Of a stretch of 64,000 nt of DNA, positions 49,238-61,994 are shown piece by piece. This stretch comes from Hemiscyllium ocellatum (Eukaryota). The notes beneath the pieces were generated by a model. It worked only from the letters and a program-made list of their open reading frames with translations, was not told the origin of the DNA and made no database searches. The stretch is from contig NC_083403.1 of the NCBI RefSeq assembly GCF_020745735.1, forward strand, positions 122,716,526-122,780,525, read 5' to 3'. The translations under genes were made by a program, and so were the position numbers. Each line of letters begins with the position of its first letter. The first letter of the stretch is position 1.

Positions 49238-51464
49238 GTAGTTGCACATTAAGTTTGTGGTTTGTGAAGTATGTAAGACTGTGTGTTTTATTCTTGTACA
49301 ACTTGTACTTCTTACCAAACTGCATTAAGTTACATTAACTCTTTAATAGATGCCATTATAAGCTTGTTGGATGCTAAAAGAGTGGTGCATTTTATACAAC
49401 AGTGATGGTGCAGCAATTGGTAGTGGATGGAGACTGATTTATTTACCAAGTGCAATGCCCATTTGTGAACTAAGTAATACAGATACAGCTAAGTTCCTTA
49501 TCTGTGCTGAGTTAGTTGATCTTACCCGAGGCAGCAGTGGATGTGATAGAGCTGCTGCAGCCCATTCCTGATCACTATCCAGTAAGAACCACAAAAAGAC
49601 ATGTGAATGGAGCCTGTAAACAGGATTGAGTTCAACTGTGATAACCCTCACAGTTGATACTCATCATCAGGTACACTAATTACAAAGGGCTATGGACAAG
49701 ATCATTGAGAGTTGTGGGAATGAATCCCCAATTAAAGCAGTAACTTTAGGTAAATATCTGACAAAATAAAGTGGGTGATAAATTGTCTGTTGCTATTATA
49801 GTGGTTGTTTAGTATCACTTTCACGGTTGAATGCAGTATTCAAAATAAAGTGTAGGAGAGGGTTTTTTTTTGATGAATTCAATATGCTTAGTTCCACTTA
49901 TTCATGCAGAGCTATCTGACATTTCTGAGTCCATTATTATGATGCAACACACCATTTGTTTTCCTGCAGTTGGAAGCATGAAGCTGACCCCTCAAGATCA
50001 ACTTCCACTGGTATTACTTGTGTGGTTTGGTGAACCATTCTTTTACACACTTGTTCAACTTCTGTAGCCCTGCCATACATATTCATGTATGTGATATATG
50101 ATGGTATGTGTTCTGCCACAATGTGCAAGCACATGCATGATCAAACAGTGGTAGTGTTCTGAGATTTGAAGGTAGAAATGGTCCATGATGAAGTTAATTT
50201 AACAAACACAATTTGTTTTGTATGGCATTTTAAAGAGTCAGAATTCACAACTTATGATTCAATGATGACATTAATTTGTCTGTGGGGTTTGCTGTGTTGT
50301 AGATTTATTGACTTTGATGCTACCAGTTCTGCCAGCTCAGAGATGACAAAATACTTAAGCTTCATGGCCGTTCTAAAAAAAATGAGCACCTGGCAGCAGG
50401 CACATATTTCATCTGTTGTGAGGCAAATAGGGGTATTATCATTTTATTGTTCCTGTGTTTCATGAGTCCAATGTTTTCCTAATTTTCCATCTTCAGCTTG
50501 ATGATTGTCGGTAGTCTACTCTAATACTCTATCTCCGGGTAATATTGGGATCCTGGAATTGTAGCGTAAAATTGGTGAAGGATTTTAATACCGCAGAGCT
50601 AATGCAGCCAGTGTGATGTGAAGAATGAGACGAAAATCGAAGTCCTTCTTATTTTCTCCTGTCCACACTCCTGAATCCAAAGACTATTTCCGGGAGTACC
50701 AGCTCACCCTCTGATGTATTTGTCATTTTCAAGGATAATTGTTGATCATAGTATCACAACAGTGCAGGAGGAGGCCTATAATGTCTGCACCAGCTCTCCA
50801 AATAAGCAAGTGTTGTTCCCTCAACTTCTCCCATAACCCTGCACATTTTTCCTTTTCAGGTGACAGTCTAATTTCTGTTTGAATGCCTCACTTTGATCAG
50901 TCCCCTCCACACTCTCAGACAATGAAAAGCACCATTCTTAATAAGGCAGGGAATTAGTCTAAGGAGCTATTCAAAAACATTTGTAATGGAACATTCTTGA
51001 AATTTAAAATAATTAAATGTAAGATAATGTGAATTGGAGCAGGATATGTACACATCATGAAGAGTTGTGTGTTTGCAAAGTAAAAAAGTAAGCAGAAGTA
51101 TGTTTTCTAATTATACTTTGAAAATATTCAATCAATGTGAAGTTCCTGAATGGATAATCAAATACAAGATTACATCTTGAGCAGATTTGATTATGAATCA
51201 AGACTTGTTTTAGCCTTGTACTGCTCTCAGAATATTTTAATATACCTTTTCCGCTCGAAATAAAGAAATTACGATTATGTTGCTCCTTTCCCATGCTCAG
51301 GAAATCTCAAATCTTCATAGACAGTTGATTAACTTCGAAAGTATCGAACTGCTACACAGGGAAAAGTGGCAATCAGTTTGTGCACAAGGACCCACAATCT
51401 GCAATTAAATGAACGATCAATTAAACTGACTTGTAGTTGTGTTGGCTGAAACAGAAAAATTACT

Positions 51465-51815
51465 GGGGTGGTGACAGCCAAATGGTATTATTACGGGACA
51501 GTTAATCCAGAGAGCCAGAAAATGTGTTCTCGGGACCTAGGTTTGAATCCCACCATAGTGGATGGTGTAATTTGAATTCAATAGAGGAAACAAAATCAGA
51601 ATTTAATGATGACCATAAATTGATTACTAATTGTTGGAAAAATCCATTGAGTTCACTAATGAAATACAGGGAAGAAAACTGCCATCCTTACCTGGTCTGG
51701 CCTACATGTGACTCCAGACCCACAGCAAGGTGATTGACTCTTAACTGCCTTCTGGGTAATTAGGGAAGGGCAATAATGCCTAGCCAGTGATGCCCTTGTC
51801 CCATGAATGAATAAA
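51465..51815 (+). mobile_element. tRNA-derived SINE, DeuSINE/SacSINE1-like
   Basis: taatccagaga..gaatcccaccat..gatgaccat..ctggtctggcctacatgtgactccagacccacagca..ccatgaatgaataa. Confidence 0.65.
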
Positions 51816-52249
51816 TTTTAAAAAATTACAAGAATACCAGGAGAGCAACCTGTACTTCACATGAAATGTTTTTCCATATTGTTGAACAGATAAACAGGAC
51901 CTCAGTTATCTAAACCCATCTTATCTAAAGGACAACACCTCCACAGTTTTAAATACATGCTCAGCAGTCCACTGACACATCATCTTGCACCATGTGCTTA
52001 ACTGCGTGACTCCCTAATTCAGAGTCAATGTCTTGGCCCATCATCAAACCCTATGCCTCTTGGTTCAAAAGAACATTGAAACTTGTAAACATTTTGAAAA
52101 GGGTAGGAAGGATGATCCCAAAACAAAGTGTCTTGACAGAAATGCCTACATCTTGTGTCTGAATGAAACATAACACACAAAATAGGAGTAGGAGTAGGGT
52201 ATTCAGTCTGGCAAACTTCCTGTGCCAGTCAGTAAGATCATTGCTTTTC

Positions 52250-53305
52250 AAATTGGAGTCCTGTGACCAGTGGTGTGCCACCAGAATCTGTGCTGGGTCC
52301 AGTGCTTTTCATCATTTATTATAAATGATTTGGATGTCAAATTGGGAGGTATAGTTAGTAAGTTTACAGATGACAGCAAAATTGGAGGTATACTGGACAG
52401 CAAAGAAGGTTACCTCAGAGTACAACGGGATCTCGATCAGATAGACCAATGGGCTGATGAGTGGCAGATGGACTCTTATGTAGATAAATGTGAGGTGTTG
52501 CATTTTGGAAAGGCAAATCTTAGCAGGACTTACACATATAATAGTAAGGTCCTTGGGGAGTGTTGCTGAACAAAGAGACCTTGGAGTGCAGGCTCATAGT
52601 TCCTTGAAAGTTGAGTCCTAGTTAGACAGGATAGTGAAGAAGACATTTGGTATGCTTGTGTTCATTGGTCAGTGCATTGAGTATAGGAGTTGGGAGATCA
52701 TATTGCAGCTGTATGGGACATTGGTTAGGCCACAATTGGAATACAGTGTGCAGTCCTGATCTCCCTCCTATCGGAAGGATGTTGTGAAAGTTGAAAGGGT
52801 TCAGATAAGACTTACAAGGATGTTGCCAGAGTTGGAAGGTTTGAACAATAGGGAGAGGCTGAATAGGCTGGGGCTGTTTTCCCTGGAGAGTCGAAGACTG
52901 AGGGGTGACTTTATCGGGGTTTATAAAATCATGAGGGGCATGGATAGGATAAATAGACAAAATCTTTTCCCTGGGGTGTGGGAGTTCAAAACTAGAGGAC
53001 ATAAGTTTATCGTGAGAGAGGAAAGATTTTACAGGGAACTTGGGGGCACCATTTTCACGCAGAGGGTGGTGTGTGTATGGAGTGAGCTGCCAGAGGAAGT
53101 AGTAGAGGCTGATACAATTGCAACATTTAAAAGACATCTGGATGGGTATATGAATAGAAAGGGTTTAGAGGGATATGGGTGAAATGCTGGCAAATGGGAC
53201 TAGATTTACTTAGGATATCTGGTCAATATGGGCAAGTTGGATCAAAGGGTCTGTTTCTGATTGGGATCAGATAGAATCAGAGAGTGCTTTGTATCTCTCT
53301 GATTC
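52250..53305 (+). mobile_element. CR1 LINE 3' kilobase
   Basis: FIINDLD..SKFTDDSKIGG, KCEVLHFG, VERVQIRLTRMLP, TRGHKF. Confidence 0.9.
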
Positions 53306-56300
53306 TATCTGATCATGGCCCCAACATTCTTGAACCCCACCCCATGTTAACCATTGACTCTTTTGTTAATTGGCTGGGTGACTGGATTACAATGCAGAGT
53401 GATGCCAATAGCATAGGTTCAACTCCCACATGGGCTGAGATTACCATGATGGACTCATCTTCTCAATCTCTTCCTCTGTGTGAAGATATATCTTATCGAT
53501 ATATATCTTATCGATGTTGAGAGACCCTTAGGGTTAACTTCCAAATAAGGTCAATCCAATCCTGCAGACCTTTATTTTTACTCACTTGTGGGACATGAGT
53601 GTCACTGGCTGACCAATATTTATTGCCTATGCCTAGCTGAGCTTAAAAAGGGTATTAAAATGTACAGAGACACCATTGATGTACTGATGTCTCTCTGTGA
53701 TGTCATTGAAATAAGAACCAAAATAACTAGTGTTGTGAAAATAGCAATTTGCATTTTCTGTATTCATTCACAGGTTGTGGGTGTCACTTGATAGGCTAAT
53801 ATTTAAATCGTACCTTCAGTAAAATTAACATCTTAAGGTGCTTCAGAGATGGGTGTCACGGAAACTGATAGTGAACTAAGAAGCCAAAAGTTTTTTTTAA
53901 GTGGGGAGATGTATATTAGAATGGCAGAACTAGCATTGACCACATGCTACATCTGCTCTGCTCCACCATTTCATAAATTCACCGCATATCTTTGACCTCC
54001 AATCCTCTGTGCTGCCCCTCAGCATATCCCTTGATTTTCTCAGAGCCTGTTTTCTGAACTCAAGTTTCAAGTCAGGGAAAAACAGGCTCTCAGCATCTAT
54101 TTTGTCAAGTCCTCTCAGAATCATAAGTATGATCATCAGCTCATAATACGTTCTCCTAAACTCAACAGAGCATCAAATCTTTCCTCTGAATCTGCATCCT
54201 CCTTTTCCTGGAATTAATCTCAAGAGCCCCATCTGTGTGAAGGAGACCAAACTGTGTGCAATGTTCCAATGGCAGCAAGTTTTGCTTGTACTTCAATCCC
54301 CTGGTTATGAATACATACAATTCGCCTTCCTAGTTTTGAGCTGAAACAACATGTTCAACGTTATCTTTTATACAAAAATGTCCAAATCACTTGCAAAATT
54401 AACTTTAGACTGTTACTCCTGCCATGGTGTGTTATAACTCTTAAATCTTGCAAAGAACTGTGATTCGACTCTTAATAAATGATAATTTTATTTGTTTAAC
54501 ATGATTAATATTATAATAATAAAATGCTTTACAAACTAGCAGTTTGCACTGTAAATCTAATCGGATATCTTGTGCTTTAACTTCGCTGTGGATGATCACA
54601 TACCACTGCTCTAGATCTTGGCCTTGATCCATGTGGCAATGATCATTTGGAATTCTTCTCCTGGTGGTTCCAGGGATGTCTTCTCTTAAGTTGGTCTTGA
54701 GTTACTGCTCCTGAGGGTGGTGTAGCAGTGATTCTTAGCAGAAGTCTTTGCGCCCTTTTGGAGGGTCTTCAATGTCCACCAGTAGATCAGTCGGACCCAA
54801 CCAGGTGTTGACATTTCAATGGCAGGGTGGTCCTTGGGCAACCATTCCTGGAGGTGTCAGGACCTGGTAGGTCAGGTAGCCCTTTTCAATGAGGTTGTGA
54901 AGTGCCCCTGTGTCTGGTAAACAGCTTGATGTTTCCGATTGTCCTGGGGATGGCATTCAGATCGATTCTATTCAATTCCAATTCAAGTATATATTGTATT
55001 GTCTGCAGCAATTGGGTCAGTTTTGTAACATGTGTCTGGATTCTGCAGCTTGTTAATTCCAGAGTCTTTGAGCACAATCACTTTTGGTAAAGACTAGTCT
55101 CAATTTTGTAGCAAGTCTCATTTATTGTCCATTTTTCATAAATCCATCACTTTGAGTAGCCTGTCTGGCCACAAGACTGATTATCATTCTTGAAAAATAT
55201 TCATTTTTTTTCTATCTTCCATCAAATTGAATAATTTCCTCACATTATCCTCTATTTATCAGCTCTTTCCCATTTAAATGGCATTTATACCTCTGTGCAG
55301 GCTCCTTGTGTACTTCTGACAGTGTATATTCTCACTTAAAGTTGTGTGTTTAGCAAATCTAAATATACTCCACTGATCACCTCCTCTAAGGTGAGAGTTT
55401 AAATTACAAGTACAGTATTTGAGATCTAAGGCCAAAAATGCACTTTCATTATTAAACAATACTTGCAGCACCATGTCCATTGACCTAACTTGCATTTGTC
55501 CTTGGTTTTCTTCCTCCCCATTTTCCATTGCTATTCAGCAGTTCCAGAAAATGTTAGATGCATCTTTTTATCACAGTGCTCAAACCATTTATTTTGATGG
55601 AGAAGCAAGAAGTCTTAATACTAATTTTTGGAACATACCAATTTGATAAATTTCATTTTTAGGGGTATGATAATTTACAGACTGGATTTTATAGTCCTAG
55701 CTGGATGTATTTTGGTGGGTTGGGGGGTGTGGGCGGGGGTGGTGATTAGGGGGTAGAAATGTAAAATATGAGGCATTCCCAACTCACCGTTTTTCTATCT
55801 ATCCCTGACCAGTCTTTGAAGTCTGTCATATGGACGGTTACTAAAATTAACAGCTCTCTCTTTTTAAAAAATAAGTAAGTAATGATAATGATAATACTTG
55901 TAGCTTATTATTGTTTTTGGTTTAATTGATAGAAAATCAGTCTTAACAGTAGTTTTGAAAACATTTGAGTGTGTTGGACAACTCCATTGCCATGTTGCCA
56001 ACATAACAACAATAGGAGGATAGCCTGGGTGCAATATTATAACCTGGTACAGTGAGAAGACTGCAGGTGTACAGTGGTTAATGTTATTGACATGCATGGA
56101 CCTAGTTTCTGTATCAGCTAACTGAGGTAATATTAGTTATTACATTAGGTATAATTGCCATCTGTCCCATGAAGCTCAGTAATTAAAATCTAATATTTAA
56201 GTGTTAATGATTTAATTCCTAATGTAATAATTACACTTCAATGCACAGGTAACAGATTACATTTTCAACAAATGCTCATGAGTACAGTAAATATACTGTG

Positions 56301-56623
56301 AATGCAATTAATATTCCAGTGTTATAATTATCTACGGTGGATATTGCCAACACGAGTAATTGCAATGTCCCTCAGAGGTAACAAATTGCACTCCTGCGTG
56401 GGAAATAATTGAGAATAATTGAGGATATACTAAAGAGAATATGACATTTTTGCCCTGTTTGAACACTGGCAATTTTCTAACCTGTCAGACTGAGATTGCT
56501 ACCTATGTGCTGTTTGATCATGCTGAGTCAATGAATAGCAACAATCCCATTTACACAGATGTATTATTTTTGTATTGCTATTTTGCCAATGAGATGATGC
56601 TGTGTTCTTATGTTGTGTTGCAG

Positions 56624-56695
56624 GTGAACCTGGGGAAAAGGGGGAGAAAGGAGAGCCTGGAAGGTTAGGAAAAGTTGGCCCAGTTGGACAACCAG
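56624..56695 (+). CDS. COLEC11: Collectin-11 collagen-like exon (72 nt, phase 1-1)
   Basis: GEPGEKGEKGEPGRLGKVGPVGQP(G): eight Gly-X-Y triplets in frame with the previous exon; tgcag| ... |gtgatt. Confidence 0.93.
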
Positions 56696-58194
56696 GTGAT
56701 TTTCTACAAATATAAATTCTACATTGAAACAAGACTTACGTGTTTCATATTAAACAACACATAAAATTGTAACATGGGATGCTAATGTATTTGATATGCT
56801 GTAGGAAGTTTAATTGGCTTATTTCACTTTCCAATTGTTTCATCAGACTGGTCAGGTTCTGGCAATAGAGAGACTTCGAATCTTGGCATTAGTTCGGCCT
56901 TTCATGTGTTCACTTTTCATTTCCAGTGTATCCATTTTGTTACATTAGATTTCAGCAAAGTGCAAAATTTCCTGGGACCTAAATTTGATAGCTCGCCACA
57001 AAGAAAAATACTTTTGGTCTTGCAATTCACACTTCAACCTGTAATTATTGATTATCACACAGGCAACATACTAACTTTGTGGTGTCTACTCATTCATATC
57101 AGTAATGTTAATATCTAGCTGGAAGTACCCACTGCTGTTGATTGTGAGTGGCTAGCATCACTTAAAGCCAACCTGCAAAGCTTAAAGGGGAAATGCATTG
57201 TGGTAAAGCAGGTGATGTGGAAGTGAATGTATTCTGAAACATGTTGAAAAATGGCACAACATGTGAAAGAGCAGGTTCTGATGTTTACAGATTCTTCACT
57301 GAAGTCTTTGTGGAGGAAACAAATTGGAGGAGAGGTATCCTCTATCCATAGAAAACTGGGACTCTCACCAGAACCACGCTCAGTGTTCAGATTCAAAAGA
57401 TGGGCTCAAGCCATCAAGAGGCCCAACAGCAGTCACCGCCCTCACCAATACCATTTTGATTTCGTCCCCTCACTACTTTTCCCCTTTTTTTGGTGAATTG
57501 GTGTTAATTGAGTGATCAGTTAACTTGGTGGTGGGTTTCTTTATAGTAAAGCAAATGGATGTGTGTTTACCCCCAGAAGATGGGATGTTTTCTGAACAGA
57601 CCTCAACTTCTAACAACGCCAGCTTGGAGGACAGATTTTGACTGCTTTGACACCTTGCCTGTCCTGTTGAATGCTGAATTTGCATGACTTTGGCTTACAG
57701 GCCAATACCTGGATGTCAGGTGCTTATGTTTGTGCTGCAATAGGAACTGAGATACAAGCCATCAGATGGTGCATCATCATTCTTGGATTCTTTCTTTGCT
57801 GCACAGGTTGAGCTTCATGGTCAAGATGCTTTGTTGGCCCTGTGCTGGCCTTGACTTCTGCACTGAATACAGGCCACTCATGACTGATGTCTCACCATGT
57901 TCAGATTGTTCCTCTAACCCTTCAAAGTATTTTATATTTAGCCAGTGATTACAGCATAGTTTATATTTCTAAGTAGTCAATGCCCAAACGCAGCAAGGCC
58001 CAGGCAATGACTCATTCAACAAGAGAAAATTTAACCATCACCTCTTGACATTCATTGACATTACCATCTTGGTATTACAATTGACCAGAAACTGAACTGG
58101 TCTATCCATATAAGTACAATGGCTACAAGAGCAGGTCAGAGGCTAGAAACCTGGCTGTTATTAGCTCACCTCCTGGCTCACAGAAATATAAAAT

Positions 58195-58509
58195 ATCTAC
58201 AGTGTGGAAACAGACCCTTCTGCTCAATAATTCCACACCAACACTCTGAAGAGTAACCCGCCCAGATCCATTCCCCTACCCTATTATGCTACATTCATCC
58301 CTGAGTAATGCACCTAACCTACACATCCCTGAACAGTATGGGCAGTTTAGCATTGCCAATTCACCTAATCTGCACATCTTTGGATTGTGGGAGGAAACAC
58401 ACATAGACACAGGGAGAATGTGAAAACTCCACACAGACAGTCCCCCAAGGCTGGACTTGAACCTGGGTCCCCAGTGCTGTGAGGCAGCAATGCTAACCTC
58501 TGAGTCACC
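58195..58509 (-). mobile_element. V-SINE (HE1-like)
   Basis: Reverse V-domain aaactccacacagacag and head gtgaggcagcaatgctaac. Confidence 0.8.
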
Positions 58510-59056
58510 TTAAACCTATCCTCTCCAGTTTTGGGCTCCCCAACCCTAGGGAAAAGATCTTTCATGTTCAAGGGAAACAAGCTGTGCTGTGTGTCGATCG
58601 GTAGAAAAGGTGATCTTGGGGGAACAGGAATTTGGGAAAAATTGGGTTTTGATGCTTTCAGCTATGCCCCTGGCCACAGCCTCAGTCATATGATTGTTGA
58701 TTATTGGTGCTCTCAAGCTTTGCAGACCTAAAGAGCATGTTCAAAAGTTTAGTTGTGTTCCTTGGTGTGATTAACTGAAAAGCTCTTGATGAAGTAGCAC
58801 ATACAGGAAGACTGTCATTAATTATTCACCAACAGAAAATGGGCAGTGTGGCTAAAAGACCGAATATGGTTCATTTCCTGCATCCCTCATGTTAGGATAA
58901 TCTAAGAGGCTTGGTGCCATTCCAAAATAATTGCTATCCTAAATTCGGGAAAACTGGTTTATCATCCCCATAAGCTCTCTAATGTCTACAAGGTAATTAA
59001 ATAGCTAATCTGTAAATGATGCAGAGATGAGTATGTAGCAGAACTCATCTCTGCAT

Positions 59057-60874
59057 ACCTCGACACGGTCCTGTCCCCCTCAGTCCAAGAACTCCCCACC
59101 TACGTTCGGGACACCACCCACGCCCTCCACCTCCTCCATGATTTTCGCTTCCCCGGTCCCCAACACCTTATCTTCACCATGGACATCCAGTCCCTGTCCA
59201 CCTCCATCCCGCATCACGAAGGACTCAAAGCCCTCCGCTTCTTCCTTTCCCACTGTACCAACCAGTAACCTTCCACTGACGCCCACCTTCGACTGACTGA
59301 ACTGGTCCTCACCCTGAACAACTTCTCTTTCCAATCCTCCCACTTCCTCCAAACCAAAAGAGTAGCCATGGGCACCTGCATGGGCCCCAGCTATGCCTGC
59401 CTCTTTGTAGGATATCTGGAACAGTCCATCTTCCGCAGCTACACTGGCACCACCCCCCACCTTTTCCTCCGCTACATCGATGACTGTATCGGCACTACCT
59501 CGTGCTCCCACGAGGAGGTTGAACAGTTCATCCACTTTACCAACACCTTCCCCCCCGATCTCAAATTTAGCTGGACCGTCTCAGATTCCTCCCTCCCCTT
59601 CCTAGACCTTTCCATTTCTATCTCGGATGACCGAATCAACACGGACATTTACTATAAACTGACCGACTCCCACAGCTACCTAGACTACACCTCCTCCCAC
59701 TCTGCCCCCTGTAAAATCGCTATCCCATACTCCCAATTCCTTTGTCTCCGCCGCATCTGCTCCCAGGAGGACCAGTTCCAATACCGTACAACCCAGATGG
59801 CCTCCTTCTTCAAAGACCGCAATTTCCCCCCAGACATGAGCGACGATGCCCTCCACCGCATCTTCTCCACTTCCCGCTCCTCCGCCCTTGAACCCCACCC
59901 CTCCAACCGCCGCCAGGACAGAACCCCACTGGTCCTCACCTACCACCCCACCAACCTCCATACACATCGTATCATCCGTTGTCATTTCCGCCACCTCCAA
60001 ACGGACCCCACCATCAGGGATATATTTCCCTCCCCACCCCTATCAGCGTTCCGAAAAGACCACTCCCTCCGTGACTCCCTCGTCAGGTCCACACCCCCCA
60101 CCAACCCAACCTCCACTCCCGGCACCTTCCCCTACAACCGCAAGAAATGCAAAACTTGCACCCACACCTCCCCCTTTACTTCCCTCCAAGGCCCCAAAGG
60201 ATCCTTCCATATCTGCGACAAATTCACCTGCACCTCCACACACATCATTTACTGCATCCGCTGCACCCGATGTGGCCTCCTCTATATTGGGGAGACAGGC
60301 CGCCTACTTGCGGAACATTTCAGGGAGCACCTCTGGGACACACGGACCAACCAACCCAACCATCCTGTGGCTCAACACTTCAACTCCCCCTACCACTCCA
60401 CCAAGGACATGCAGGTCCTTGGACTCCTCCATCGCCAGACCATAGCAATATGACGGCTGGAGGAAGAGTGCCTCCTCTTCCGCCTAGGAACCCTCCAACC
60501 ACAAGGGATGAACTTAGATTTCTCCAGTTTCCTCATTTCCCCTCCCCCCACCTAGTCTCAGTCAGATCCCTCGAATTCAGCACCGCCTTCCTAACCTGCA
60601 ATCTTCTTCCTGACCTCTCCGCCCCCAACCCCACTCCGGCCTATCACCCTCACCTTGACCTCCTTCCACCTATCGCATTTCCAACACCCATCCCCCAAAT
60701 CCCTCCTCCCTACCTTTTATCTTAGCCTGCTGGACACACTTTCCTCATTCCTGAAGAAGGGCTCAGGCCCGAAACTTCGACTCTCCTGCTCCTTGGATGC
60801 TGCCTGACCTGCTGCGCTTTTCCAGCAACACACTTTCAGCTCTGATCTCCAGCATCTGCAGTCCTCACTTTCTC
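59057..60874 (+). mobile_element. Penelope-like element (Neptune-type), 5'-truncated, longest single copy here; in a COLEC11 intron
   Basis: IFTMDIQSL upstream; 361-aa ORF with RYIDD, KKCKTC linker and YIGETGR; premature stops; terminal repeat with hammerhead motif at about 60746-60781. Confidence 0.95.
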
Positions 60875-61994
60875 CCAGAGGGTTTCAGGGAAGGACAAAA
60901 TTACTTTGACCAGGCCCTTATACCAATGATCAATATTAAGGCAGGGCTCCAGGAACAGTTAAGGCAATGGCTGTATTCATAGACTTCTCATTGGCATATA
61001 GAAAGGTCTTTTTGGGTCAATTGCCAGTTACTGAAGTTTTCAATAATACAAAAATTCTTAGGCTTATCAATTCTTAAGGCTAATCAGCCATCAGAATTTC
61101 CAGGTCTATCTTGGTGATAAGTGTAGCCAAACAGTAGCATTCAGTATCATTTGCAGATAGTGAAACTGCAACAGGATCTGGACAACATTCATGTTTGTGC
61201 CAACAAATGCCAAGTGACATTTAAGCCACACAAGTGCTAGGCAATGACCATGTCCAGCAAGGCAGAATCTGCACGGGAAGACCTAACATATGCAAATCCA
61301 AGTCTCACACCATCCTGATCTGATTTGAAACTATAATTGCCCTTCTGACAATGTTATCAGATCAAAATCCTGGAACTCCCCTTTTAGGAGTGCACCTGAT
61401 GAGACTGCAGCAGTTCAAGAGGGCAGCTTACCATAACCGTCTCAAAGGAAATTAGAGATGTGTAAAAAATGTTTGTCTTGCCAATGACGTGCTTGGCTTT
61501 TGAAATAATTAAAAATGAAATCTCAGTTTTACCATGACTTGTGGATAAAATGTTTCTCGCCTTTAAAAGATACAATTTACCTTTCAGATCTATCTCTCCC
61601 AATTTTTTACTGTATGGTCAGATGAGCCACTTAACAATGCATTCTATAATCATTAAAATGACAGCACCAAGTTATAGTCCATGATCTTGAACTTTGTTCA
61701 CCCCAGTCCAAAACTGGCACTTCCAAGTCATCATTAAAATGGGCAGACTGTCCAAGTCATACTCGAAGCATCCATCAAAAGCAATGTATACCTGTTAATT
61801 GCACATTCTGATCACAGAACCCATAATTTGAATTTATCAAATGTGGTGGCCTGTGGATGTAGGGGCAGTGCTTTTTATTCATTTGTGGGATTTGGGCTTT
61901 GCTGGCTGACCAGCATTTATTGCCCATCCCTAGTTGCCTTTGAGAAGATGGTGGTGACCTGCCTTCTTGAACCGCTGCAGTCCACCTGCTGATT

